NCBI RefSeq assembly: GCF_000142905.1
Contig: NW_013657654.1
Coordinates: 248,001 to 312,000, forward strand
DNA from: Thecamonas trahens ATCC 50062
Taxonomy: Eukaryota > Protista > Apusomonadida
Length of the DNA: 64,000 nucleotides
Direction of reading: 5' to 3'
The translations under genes were made by a program, and so were the position numbers. This document shows, in pieces, positions 23,501 to 34,232 of the stretch (its first letter is position 1; every line of letters starts with the position of its first letter). Under the pieces are notes generated by a model. It did not search any database, was not told the origin of the DNA, and saw only the letters and a program-made list of their open reading frames with translations.

Positions 23501-26500
23501 AGGTGGGCGGCGGCTGGCTTGTTCCGTTCCAGCCTCCGCCCATGCACGTCCGCTCCTGGAAGCCGAGGACAAAGTCAAAGCCCACATCACAGGTGTAGGA
23601 GGCGACTGAGCCGAGATAGCCAAAGTTGGAGAAGGAGACGGTACCGTTGGCCGGATCCGAGAGCAAGTTGCAGGCGTACGGCGGCGGCGGCGATGGCGGC
23701 GGCGGCGACGGAGGCGGAGGAGGCGGCGGCGACGGCGGCGGCGGCGGCGATGGCGGCGGCGGAGGAGGTGAGGGAGGAGGAGGAGGAGAAGGAGGAGGAG
23801 GAGAAGGTGGTGGTGGAGAAGGTGGCGGAGGAGGCGAAGGAGGAGGAGGGGAAGGCGGCGGCGGCGGCGAGGGCGGCGGCGGCGGCGGCGAGGGCGGCGG
23901 CGGCGAGGGAGGTGGCGGCGGCGATGGAGGAGGAGGGGCGGTGGCGATGGGGGCGGGGGTGGCGAGGGCGGCGGCGGCGGTGGCGATGGCGGCGGCGGCG
24001 GTGATGGCGGCGGCGGCGGTGGCGAGGGAGGCGGCGGCGGCGGCGGTGGATGCAACACAAATGTGACTCCGCTCTGCTCCACCCAGGCTCCGCCGTCAGT
24101 CGCCCGCTTCCGTGCACACACTCCGTAGGCTCCGGGCGTTATCTGCCCATTGACCTCGAGCCAAAACACCCCAGAAGTCCCGCTCACGCTCACATTGCTT
24201 GCGCTTGTGACGTTGTTGCATCCGTCGGTGGTGAGCCCGACTTCGTCGACGGCGCGCTCGTTGGCGGCCGTGAACCGCATCACCACCGCGATCATCCACT
24301 CTTCGGCGCTGGCTGGTGCCAGGCCGCTCACGCTTGTGCTAGTGACGTTGGCCACCGCCAACGTGGCTGTCTGCTTGGCAAAGTTGGATCCGCCATCAAC
24401 CGAGTAGCACACATCGAGATCTCCAGGTGAGGCGAGGACGCCGAGATCCACCAGCGGCCCGCCGATGACCGGAGCGTAGGCGACCCAGCCAGAGCCGGCC
24501 TCACATGCCATGCCACTCGCCACCAGCCCAACAACCGCGCCGGCACCAGAGACCGTCCGCGCGCCCACAAACCGGACTACAGCCCGAGTTCCAGCATCGA
24601 CAGCTGGAGGAGCGACGGCGGTGATGGTGCCTGCCGCGGTCACCACATCGACGGTTCGACCCATGTCTGTCCAGCCATCGCTGGCCGACGTTCGCATGCA
24701 CACTGAGTATGATCCGGCGACGGCGGGCGTTGCCAGCGTCACGTTCTCGGTTGAGGCCGTGTAGGGCGCCGAGGCCGCGACGGTAGCACAGCCGGTAGTC
24801 GAGAGGCCGATCTGGGTTGTGGGCGAATGAATGGGGTGAGCCGGGTCGACGATGAGGACAAACGAGACCGGAGTGGCGGCTGGGAGGACGGTCGGAGTGA
24901 GTCCGCGGAGCGCAGACGGAGCAGCCACGACGTAGGTGAGCGAGAGTCGCTTCTGATGGACCCATGCGTTGTTGGCGGCCGAGCGTGTGCATACCGCGAA
25001 CGTGGTAGTTCCCGACGAGGCCGCAGCGCGGAGATTGGCATCTGGAAGGACAAACGATGCCGATGCGGAGACAGCGGCGACGCGACCAAAGTCGCACATC
25101 TGTGCCGGCCCGCGGCGCATGCAGGCGTAATTTTCCATGGATGATGTGAGAGTATGCGCTCTCCACAGGCCGCCGTTGCCGACGCGCTGGATCAAATAAT
25201 TCTCGCCATCTAGTGGTTCGTCAGACGCCCAGTTGTCATAGAACCCGCGGTCCATCGAGGTGTCGCGGGTTAGCGGCGAGTAGGAGATAGCGGGACCGAC
25301 GTCAGACAAGAGAACATCAGAAGCCAGGTGGCCCAGAACACGAGTTGGGTTATCCCACAGATAGTCCTGGGTGGCAGACCAGGCGAAGTACGCGGACCAC
25401 TCGTCAGCATCGAGCGAGTCGACAAGGAAGCCACCCTGGGCCATGCACTTGGCAAGCGCGGAATTGCGGGACGAGATCCTGTAATCTGGAATCCAGAAGC
25501 AGGCATCAGTCGGGGCGTAGTAGAAGCCCGGACAGGCCGCAGGATCGTAGCTTGCTGGGTCGACAAACGAGATCTGCCCGCTTCCGTCGATGTACGCTGC
25601 ATCGGTTGCTCCAAGCGTCATCATAGTCGCCTCGCCGGCTAGCGCGCTTGCCGGCGTGAGCAAAGTGTACGACGTCGGATGCGGCCGGCCGAGCGCGATG
25701 TTGAGCGTCACAGTCTGGGATTGCCACGTCTCGCCCATGTCGTTTGAAATGCACAACGTGCGGGCGGAGCCGATCTCTGAGACGGGGATCGGGGTGTCGT
25801 ACCAAAAGTACGAGCCGCGGATGGGAACCGGCGAAGAGACTGAGTCACACGCCGCGGTCGAGTCAAAGCCGATGAGTGCCGAGAAGGAGGGGGTGATAAA
25901 CGAGTGGCGGAGGATGAGCGGATAGAAGTTGTCTGCCGGGTTGGTGTAGATTGTCCCAAGGTTGAGAGCAGTTAGGAGCTTGGTGGCATCAAGGCCAACA
26001 CATACGGTGCGATACATAGCCCCATTTCCCTTGCGTCCCACATCTGGGGACTCATGAAGTTGGTGGTGCCCCAGTCTTGTCCGCTGCTGCCGTCGTTTGG
26101 CTCTCCGGGATACCACGAAGAGTATGACGATTGCAGGCCATTGATGCCACGATACTGCCACATGAACGTGTCATCGTATCCCATGTTAGCGGGACTAGTG
26201 GGGGCGATGCTAAAGGCGGCGTTGTTGTATGCCTTTGAGGGCGTCCACAGCGGCCACTCGCCGGTTGCTCGACACTTTGACATAGCCGCTGAGGGATAGA
26301 CAGTCGAGCCATCCAACCGAAAGGTGAGGCCCCACCGATCGATCGCATGGGCGCGCGCCACTGCACGTTGAACCCGAGGTAGGCAAAGCCCAACACGAGG
26401 AAGACAAGGAGGTGGATGAGTGTATCGCAAAGAAACGCGAGTGCGGTGTGGGTGCGAGAGTGGGGGAGGGGAGGGGGAGGGGGAGCTCCCAAAGGCATTT

Positions 26501-26589
26501 TCCGCAGTGACTATTTTTTTTTTCTCCCTGCAAAGATGCGGAGGCGTACCGAAGAGAGCCACACCGAAGACGACTGCTAGCTTGACCAT
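20574..26589 (-). CDS. Large multi-TM surface receptor (gene B): signal peptide, 2 C-type lectin domains, about 5 two-Cys modules, SPn stalk, 2 Sushi/CCP, filamin/Ig-like repeats, Cys-rich (GCC2/GCC3-like) region, about 8-9 TM; frame breaks near 26030 and 23937
   Basis: Exon 1 26589-26550 and intron 26549-26361 (GTACGC...CAG) give MVKLAVVFGVALFVARAHA. Motifs WYPGEPND, NWASDEP, ASYTCDVGF, CSFACDDGFTLLG, GEDILGSPY, CVPCGVGTYS and CTEGYRGRLCAEC, then a TM block with YRSDLFWYELVILGRKL. Confidence 0.8.
21006..23645. repeat. 2.6-kb near-identical direct repeat, copy 1 (copy 2 at 27387-30029)
   Basis: Direct comparison shows an offset of 6381/6384 with a 3-nt indel near 28261, scattered SNPs and one divergent patch. 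Confidence 0.95.
23679..24048 (-). repeat. GGC/GGA/GGT-rich repeat encoding a Ser-Pro4-6 extensin-like stalk of gene B
   Basis: Translates as (SPPPP[P])n on the minus strand. Confidence 0.9.
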
Positions 26590-26748
26590 GAAGAGGGTGT
26601 GTCCAAGCATGGGGGAAGGGGTCGGGGTGGGGGTGGGGGGAAAGGAAAGTGCACGTATACGTAAGGTAGCGTATGTGTGTCACAGAGAGGAAATGGAAGT
26701 ATGCGGAGGGGATGGGGAGAGGTATTGGGGAACGGAGTGTGGTGGTAG

Positions 26749-26780
<32 letters not shown>

Positions 26781-27014
26781 CTCCACCTTGTCGCTTTGCG
26801 TGTTGCCGTCCGCGTGACGGGCGTTTTCGGCATTATGATTCAACCACATTGGGACCACGTGTATTTTGCTTGTCACCGCCCTCCCCATCCACGGCTCATA
26901 TCTCCACTGCCAAGTTGTGCGCGAGGGGAGTGAGGTAGTGCTTGGAAGACGTGTTGGGAGTGGGAGTTTTGAAGTGTTGGCTATGGCTGACCAGTGGTAG
27001 ACTACGGCATCCTG

Positions 27015-30000
27015 CTACGACGACGACGAGCACGATGACGACTGTGGAGGCGGGCCGTCAGGGCGAGATGGCATCGGCGGAGGAAGGAGGACCGACGGCT
27101 GCATTTGAGTAACAGAGCCAATCATCGGATCAACCGTTGTGGCTGAGTTGTTGAGAGAGTCGAGCCCGCACGACGACATTGAGTTGTACGCCGAGACTGG
27201 GAAGGCCATGGAGTTGCCAGGGACCATCAGGCACCCATCCTCACTTTCGTTGTCCGCCTGCCTCGCGTTGCTGTTGCCCATCCCTTCAGCACTCATCACC
27301 GAGTCAAGTCCGCCAAAGTGCATCGACTCGAACGCTGGGTTCATCATCGATCCGACATCGCTCTCATGTACGCTCTCAAAGTCCATGGCTGCATGATGCC
27401 CGACTGTCATCATCTCGACCCCGGACTCCATGCCGGCTCCTTCGAACTCGATGTTCTCAAAGACAAACTCGACCTCTTCTTGGTCGCGCTGCCTGATTCG
27501 CCACAGCTCGTAGACCACTCCGACGCACACAATTCCCAGCAGTGCCACCAGCGCTGCGATCACAACTCCGTCGCGCAGAACCCGCGACGACGTGATGGTC
27601 CCGCCCCACAGCAGCACCACAGAGCCAAGCAAGGTAGCAAAGTCCATCATGTTGTGGTGCCACTCAGCATAAGGGTAGTGTTGAGTGAGCAGCGCGTACG
27701 CTAGCACGCACTGTAGCATCAGCGCGACCATCGTCGCCTTGACTGTTGGCGACGAGAATGCGCACACAGAGACCACAACCCCGAGCTTGCGCCCGAGAAT
27801 CACGAGCTCGTACCAGAACAGGTCGCTCCGATACTTGGCCACAAGGAACGCGTACTTGGACGCAAACGTCACCTCATCCAACGCCGCCTGCTTGCGCTTC
27901 AGGAACATGCCCAGCAGCACAGGAATGGCCGTTCCCACAATCAGCGCCACAGTCAGAATCAGTGGCAGCAGCGTGTACCATGACGATGTGTAGCACCGCC
28001 GTTGCGGGTTGGTCGTCATCACCACGATCCCGCCGCCCACATCGGTGCAGTCCACATACCGCAGTGCCGCGTACATCAGCGGCAGATACAGCAGCAGGAT
28101 CGTCTGCAGGTACCCACGCCCGGCCGCGTACACCACCGCCCACTCGAGGGAGCACAGCGAGCGCTTGTTGCCGTACACGCTGTCGGCATCGCGCGAGGCC
28201 TGCCACCTCCGCATCACGTTTCGCAGTCCGATGTACCCGAGGGTGACCACGGCAAACGGAAACAGAAACAGGATCGGCAGCGCCATCGTCATGCCCCACT
28301 TGAACATCCACACGTCGCCGACGTCCACTCCGCACTCGGGTGACGCCAGGTCGAGGTTGAGGTTCACCAGCGAGACAACGTCAAACACCCCGCGCACCAG
28401 CGGGTGCCACTCCAGCCGGATCGTCCCGTAGATCGCCACAGCCTGCAGCGTGTTGAGCGCAATGACAAACGCCGCATACCCGTACACCTTGGAGTTGCGC
28501 ATGTTGATCCACACCACGGCCGCCACAAATCCAAACACTGCCAGCACCAGGCACACAATGATCAGCGCGTTCGATCCCTTGCACTTGCGGCATCCGTCGC
28601 CAAACTGGTACCAGCCCTTGGTGCACTCGGCGCACAGCCGCCCGCGGTAGCCCTCGGTACAGACTCCGTTGCCGGCACACGACGCCGGACGCGGACATGC
28701 CACAAACGAGCTGCCGTCGTCCGAGAGCTCAAAGCCGGGGCCCGGCCGTGGCGGCTCGTGGCCGCCGGCGCAAACCGCACCAAACGGACACGGAACACAG
28801 CCCTGGCCCTCGACCTGGCCGTTCGGTCCGAACCAGTATGTGGTGAGGCAGGTGCAGTTGATCCACGACGCCGATCCCTCGGGCGCGCGCATAAACTCGG
28901 GACATGCCGTGCAAAACGCAGCGTTGCGCGTCTCCGAGTAGGTGCCGACCCCGCACGGAACACATGCCCCAGTAGTGCCGGACCCGACACTTCGCGTTCC
29001 GGGAAGACACGTCGTTGAGACCTGCGCCACATACGGCGAGCCGAGAATGTCCTCGCCGCCGACCTGGATCCGCAGCGTGTACGTTCCACCCTCGGCCACA
29101 AGCACGCTGAACGAGAGCTTGGAGCCGGCAAGGCTAAACGATGTCACCGGCGTCGTCTTGACGCCGAGCCGCATCGCAATCGACACAGCTGACGCCAGCG
29201 GCGGTGTTGTCACCTCGTTGTCGTACGCATCGCGGAGCGTGACACTGTATGTCACCACCGTCGCCGTCTCGAGTGAGAGCGTGCCCGTATCGGGCAGATC
29301 GTCGAGAGTTGACGCTGCTGCCGACGCTGGGCCGGGCACGACCTCGGCGTCGACGGCAGTAGTTCCGAGCACAAAGTCGACGTTGTTGACAGCGAGCTGA
29401 AGCGTGTACGTAAAGCCCGCAACCGTCGGCGGCCGCATCGTCACATCGTATATACCGTTGGTAGTGTAGGTGGAGACCGTGACCAAGTTGTCGAGCGAGG
29501 CAAGCTCGGCCGGCGCCGAGACGTACGCCTGCGGCACGTCAAGCCCAGTCTCGACCGGCTGGACCAGGGAGTCGCGAATGGTCATCTGGAATGGGCCGAT
29601 GGTGTCACCGGCAACCACGGTGTATTGCGGGACGAGGCCAGTGACAAACGAGTTGGTGATGTTGAACGCCGAGCAGAACGGCGGTGTGGCGCCGGTCCAC
29701 ATCGATCCCAAGTCGGGCGTCCACGTGCACGTCCGCGCCGTCGAGCCGAGGAGGGTGAAGCCGTCATCACAAGCAAACGAGCAGGTCTCGTCAAACGCAC
29801 CGGGCGTGATCGCGTTCGACGCCCCGGTACAGGTCGTGGTCCCGTCAAGCAGCACCGGGAGCGGCGGGCACGAGACCTCGGCGCAGGTGGGCGGCGGCTT
29901 GCTTGTTCCGTTCCAGCCTCCGCCCATGCACGTCCGCTCCTGGAAGCCGAGGACAAAGTCAAAGCCCACATCACAGGTGTAGGAGGCGACTGAGCCGAGA

Positions 30001-31323
30001 TAGCCAAAGTTGGAGAAGGAGACGGTACCANNNNNNNNNNNNNNNNNNNNNNNNNNNNNNNNNNNNNNNNNNNNNNNNNNNNNNNNNNNNNNNNNNNNNN
30101 NNNNNNNNNNNNNNNNNNNNNNNNNNNNNNNNNNNNNNNNNNNNNNNNNNNNNNNNNNNNNNNNNNNNNNNNNNNNNNNNNGTAGAAAGCGGCTGCGCCG
30201 CTGTTGGCTGCAGCCACGGCGGAGAAGTCGGCGGCGGCGAGGGATGTGGCTCAGGCCATCGAGGAGGAGGAGGCTGTGGCGATGGGGCCGGGGGTGGCGA
30301 GTGCGGCGGCGGCGGTGGCGATGGCGGCGGCGGCGGTGATGGCGGCGGCGGCGGCGGCGAGGGAGGCGGCGGCGGCGGCGATGGTGGTGGCGGTGGAGGA
30401 GGAGATGGCGGAGGTGGTGGTGATGGCGGTGGCGGAGGTGCCGATGGGGGAGGAGGGGGTGGAGAGGGTGGCGGAGGAGGAGATGGGGAGGGTGGTGGCG
30501 GCGGAGGCGGTGATGGAGGAGGAGGAGGGGGTGGCGATGGTGGCGGCGGCGGAGGTGATGGAGGAGGAGGAGGAGGAGGAGAGGGTGGGGGTGGTGGCGA
30601 TGGCGGCGGCGGAGGCGGCGATGGAGGAGGAGGAGGCGATGGTGGCGGCGGCGGAGGCGAGGGTGGTGGAGGCGGCGATGGCGGCGGCGGAGGCGGCGAT
30701 GGCGGCGGCGGAGGTGGTGATGGTGGTGGTGGCGGCGAGGGAGGTGGTGGCGGCGGCGATGGCGGCGGCGGCGGGGATGGAGGCGGAGGTGGCGGGGATG
30801 GCGGCGGCGGTGGCGGCGGCGATGGCGGCGGCGGTGGCGGCGGCGATGGTGGAGGCGGTGGCGGAGGTGATGGAGGAGGAGGAGGAGGTGAAGGGGGAGG
30901 AGGAGGAGGAGATGGAGGAGGTGGCGGCGATGGAGGTGGCGGCGGCGGAGATGGCGGCGGAGGAGGAGATGGAGGCGGAGGAGGAGGTGAAGGAGGAGGA
31001 GGAGGAGGTGAGGGAGGAGGTGGCGGCGATGGAGGTGGCGGCGGCGGAGATGGCGGAGGAGGAGGAGATGGAGGCGGAGGAGGCGAGGGTGGCGGCGGAG
31101 GAGGAGGCGAAGGTGGCGGTGGAGGCGCCGGCCCTGCCCTTGCCACCACTCTTGGTAGCTGCGACTCGGAGGCCAAAGCTGATCGGCCACATACATTTCA
31201 GACCAAATCAAAAGAAAATGAGAGAGCGGAGAACGGGAGAGAGCGCGAAAAGGAGCGCGAGTTTGAGAGCGAGAGCGAGAGCGAGAGAGTGAGTGTATGT
31301 ATGAGTGTATGTACGTATGTGTA

Positions 31324-31364
<41 letters not shown>

Positions 31365-31516
31365 ATGTGTGTGTGCATGCCCCCCCCTTCCCCCCCCCCC
31401 CCCCCCCCCTCACCCCCTCCACGTGTACTCGGTTGACGCCACTTTGAACGAAACCTACCATGATCCGTCAGCAGGCACGTGACGACGGCAAGGGCCACAG
31501 CCGTGACCAGCACCAT
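27015..31516 (-). CDS. Paralogous multi-TM surface receptor (gene C): signal peptide, ~300-aa Ser-Pro4-6 stalk, gap, then the same Sushi/Ig/Cys-rich/TM core as gene B
   Basis: Exon 1 31516-31459 and phase-1 intron 31458-31179 (GTAGGT...CAG) give MVLVTAVALAVVTCLLTDHALASESQLPRVVARAGPAPPPPPSPPP...; the core is nearly identical to gene B. Confidence 0.82.
27387..30029. repeat. 2.6-kb near-identical direct repeat, copy 2
   Basis: Matches 21006-23645 and ends at the N-gap. Confidence 0.95.
30220..31130 (-). repeat. Extended (Ser-Pro4-7)n coding repeat, roughly 45-50 units
   Basis: ORF 29971..31176 reads SPPPPP repeatedly. Confidence 0.95.
31290..31376. repeat. (TG)n/(TATG)n microsatellite inside the first intron of gene C
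   Basis: Directly visible. Confidence 0.9.
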
Positions 31517-32358
31517 GTCTGTCGTCCGAGTGCACACCATGGTCTATGGTTGCTACCGACGTAGGGTATATAGACTTGTTGGGTGAATCGAGACGAGAAT
31601 GCCTGTCTGCCCTGCAGTAGCCCCCAAGAGGCGAGGGGAAAGGGGGAGTGGCAGAGAACGAAGGGTACTGGCGAAAAGCCCTTTGCGCGCGTGAGCAAGT
31701 TTTTTTGGGAAGAGTCCCTTCATTGCACACGTGGTTGTGTTGTGGCTCCTGCTCTTTGGTCAGCCTTTCCCCGCACCTACCTCGTCGCACACAACCTTGA
31801 AACGGGCGCGTCTTAGCTCAATCCTCACAATGTTGGATATACTACCTACAAGGGCTATCCTCTAGCTGGACGATGGTGGTGAAGGACGGCGTCGTCGTCT
31901 TCCCCGTCGGGGTTGTCCGGCCGTTGGATGGCGGGCGATTGCGGGCGGGCGGCTTTGCTGCAAGTGTACTGAACGGGGAACGCGGCGCTCCGCTCCTTTC
32001 CCTCGCCTCTCTCTCCCAAGACCATGTTGAACAAGACCGAGTGACCACAACCAGAACCTACACTACCAACCCACCCCACCCCGCCCTCTTCCCCCCTCCC
32101 CTCTACCCCACCCATACTCCGACCCGGGCTGTGGTGGCGGGACTAAGCCGCAATTTTTTCTTGTCTCACTTGTTCCCACACAGCTATGCCAACCACAGCC
32201 GGTCGTCTAACATCGCATGTCACGCGACATGTGCCACTCGCTCCCGCGGGGTGCCCTTCCCGCATACGATGCCCTTGTTGCTCTCTCTCTCACATACACT
32301 CGCGCGCTCTCTATACTTGGCGCATAGGCTTGGACCAGCAACCCACTCGTCTCCACCC

Positions 32359-33921
32359 ATGACGCCACCTGTACGACACCTCGTTGCGGCACTTGTGGTA
32401 CTTGTGCTGGTGCTGGCTGGTGCTGGTATCGATGCCGCTGGCTACGACCGCGCCGCTTGCGAGGCCGACAAGCTGGCTCATCCACCTGGGCTACCTGACG
32501 TGGCGAGTGGCATGCGGCTTGTTCGGCTGGTGACTCTGACTCGGCATGGCGATCGGACGCCTGGTGTCCCACTCTTCACCTCGCCGCCGTTCAACGTCTC
32601 GTGGTCCTGCCCGCTCGTCCGGGTGCTCGCCGACTCGCCGCCGGTGGCCACCCCGACTGCTGCCGTCTCGTTCATCCCGGGCCGCCAGGCTCTCGCCGGG
32701 GATTGTACCACATCATGGCTCACAGTGCGCGGTGCAGAGCAGCTGCGAAGCCTAGGTGCCGCTATCGGTGCGGCGTGGATGGACCCTGCGGTGCCCAACT
32801 CGCTGGCTGCCGAGATCGCCGCCGCACGCAACCGCTCCGGCCTTGTGGCCTATGCCCGCTCCACAGACGTCGCTCGCACGCTGATGTCCGGCTTGGCCTT
32901 TGTGGACGGTCTGCAGGCGCACTCGCCCGCTGGTGACCTGGGCATTTCCTCGCTCCACACCATCGCGTCGGGCCACGACAACCTCATGCCCGGCCCACAG
33001 TGCTCACGTTTCGGCTCTGTCAACCGCGGCGCACTGACCGCGACACCGGCCTCGAGCTTCATGGCCGAGCCGACCATTGCCGCCGCGGTCAAGACGCTCG
33101 ATGCCGTGTTCAATGAGCTCAACACCTCGCTACCGTTCACCGATCCGGGCTACAACTGGCAGTACCTCATGGACAACCTGCAGTGCAAAGTCTGCCACAA
33201 CAAGACCATTCCGCCGGCGGTCAGTGTGGCGCTCTTTGACGACATTGTCCGCATTGCTTCCGCCCGTTGGGCCTTCCAGATCAACGCGCCCGACGCAGTC
33301 AAGCTCGCCATGGGTACCTTGTTCTTTGAGCTGGCCGAGATGATCGGGGCCCAGGCGGCTGATCTCGACACCACCCCGGTCTTTACCTACCTCTCGGCCC
33401 ACGACTCGACGATAGCGTACATGCTGGCTGGCCTCCGCGCCGGTCTTGGCGGCTTTGATGGCGTCTGGCCACCGTACGCCTCAAACCTGCACTTTCTGAC
33501 CTATGCCGACCCGGCTCATCAACTTGTTGTCCTCCCGATTTACAACGGCGCCATTCTCGATGTCGCCTGCGCCCAGCGCGGCGACGGCCCTCTGCCGGGC
33601 GCCTGCCGCATCAATGACTTTATGGCACTCCTCAACAGCTCGGCCGTCTCGTTTGACGAGTACCCCAAGTTCTGCCGCAACCCGCCGTCGCCGCCGTCGC
33701 CCGCACCTGCGCCTGCCACCGGCCTCGCTGCCCAAACCCAGGGTGGCCTCATTGGCGGCTTCCTTGGCGGCTTCACCGGCCTTGTCGCCGGCGCGCTCAT
33801 CATGTCTCTCATTCTCCGCCACCGATCCCCACCCTCCGCTGCAACCACGGTCTCGGCCTCCCCTACCACTCCGTCCGAGTCCGCTCCGCTTGTCCCTGCC
33901 TTTCCCAGGCGCGGGCCGTAG
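32359..33921 (+). CDS. Histidine acid phosphatase (lysosomal type; signal peptide and C-terminal TM anchor)
   Basis: RHGDRTP, RSTDVART..S, YLSAHDSTI and WPPYASNLHF; signal peptide from ATG 32359; TM segment GGLIGGFLGG...ALIMSLIL. Confidence 0.93.
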   Translation: MTPPVRHLVAALVVLVLVLAGAGIDAAGYDRAACEADKLAHPPGLPDVASGMRLVRLVTLTRHGDRTPGVPLFTSPPFNVSWSCPLVRVLADSPPVATPTAAVSFIPGRQALAGDCTTSWLTVRGAEQLRSLGAAIGAAWMDPAVPNSLAAEIAAARNRSGLVAYARSTDVARTLMSGLAFVDGLQAHSPAGDLGISSLHTIASGHDNLMPGPQCSRFGSVNRGALTATPASSFMAEPTIAAAVKTLDAVFNELNTSLPFTDPGYNWQYLMDNLQCKVCHNKTIPPAVSVALFDDIVRIASARWAFQINAPDAVKLAMGTLFFELAEMIGAQAADLDTTPVFTYLSAHDSTIAYMLAGLRAGLGGFDGVWPPYASNLHFLTYADPAHQLVVLPIYNGAILDVACAQRGDGPLPGACRINDFMALLNSSAVSFDEYPKFCRNPPSPPSPAPAPATGLAAQTQGGLIGGFLGGFTGLVAGALIMSLILRHRSPPSAATTVSASPTTPSESAPLVPAFPRRGP

Positions 33922-34232
33922 CCAAGGACAGCCAGCCGTAAACTCGCTGTTGTAACATCAATCAATATCAGATCCCCCCCTGCTCTCTGCTGATCTCCAA
34001 CCAGATACCGGTTGGCTGGCAACTGGCTGGCGACCCATGGCCTCATTGACAGTCCCTTCCTCATTCGGCCCGGCAGCCGACTTGCGCCGTTTGCCAGAGT
34101 GCCAGGCGACAACCCGCTTTGCCCGCCGACACGCCACTACCCAACAGTGGCATGTACGGACAGCAGGGAACGAGTGGAATGCGGCAAGGGTGGCATGGAA
34201 GGAGTATGGGGCCTCGTCGTAGCTACCACTCC

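Noticed and set aside
25933-26005. GTATGT...CTAAC...CAG candidate intron in gene B
   Set aside because: Its 73-nt length gives the wrong phase to connect the lectin frame to the downstream frame.
29903-31447. Poly-Gly, poly-Ala/Glu and His/Arg-rich ORFs over the GGC repeat
   Set aside because: These are alternative frames of the Ser-Pro repeat; only the SPn frame joins the signal-peptide exon.
31839-32050. ATACTACCT resembling the U1 snRNA 5' end
   Set aside because: No U1-70K or U1A loops and no Sm site follow.
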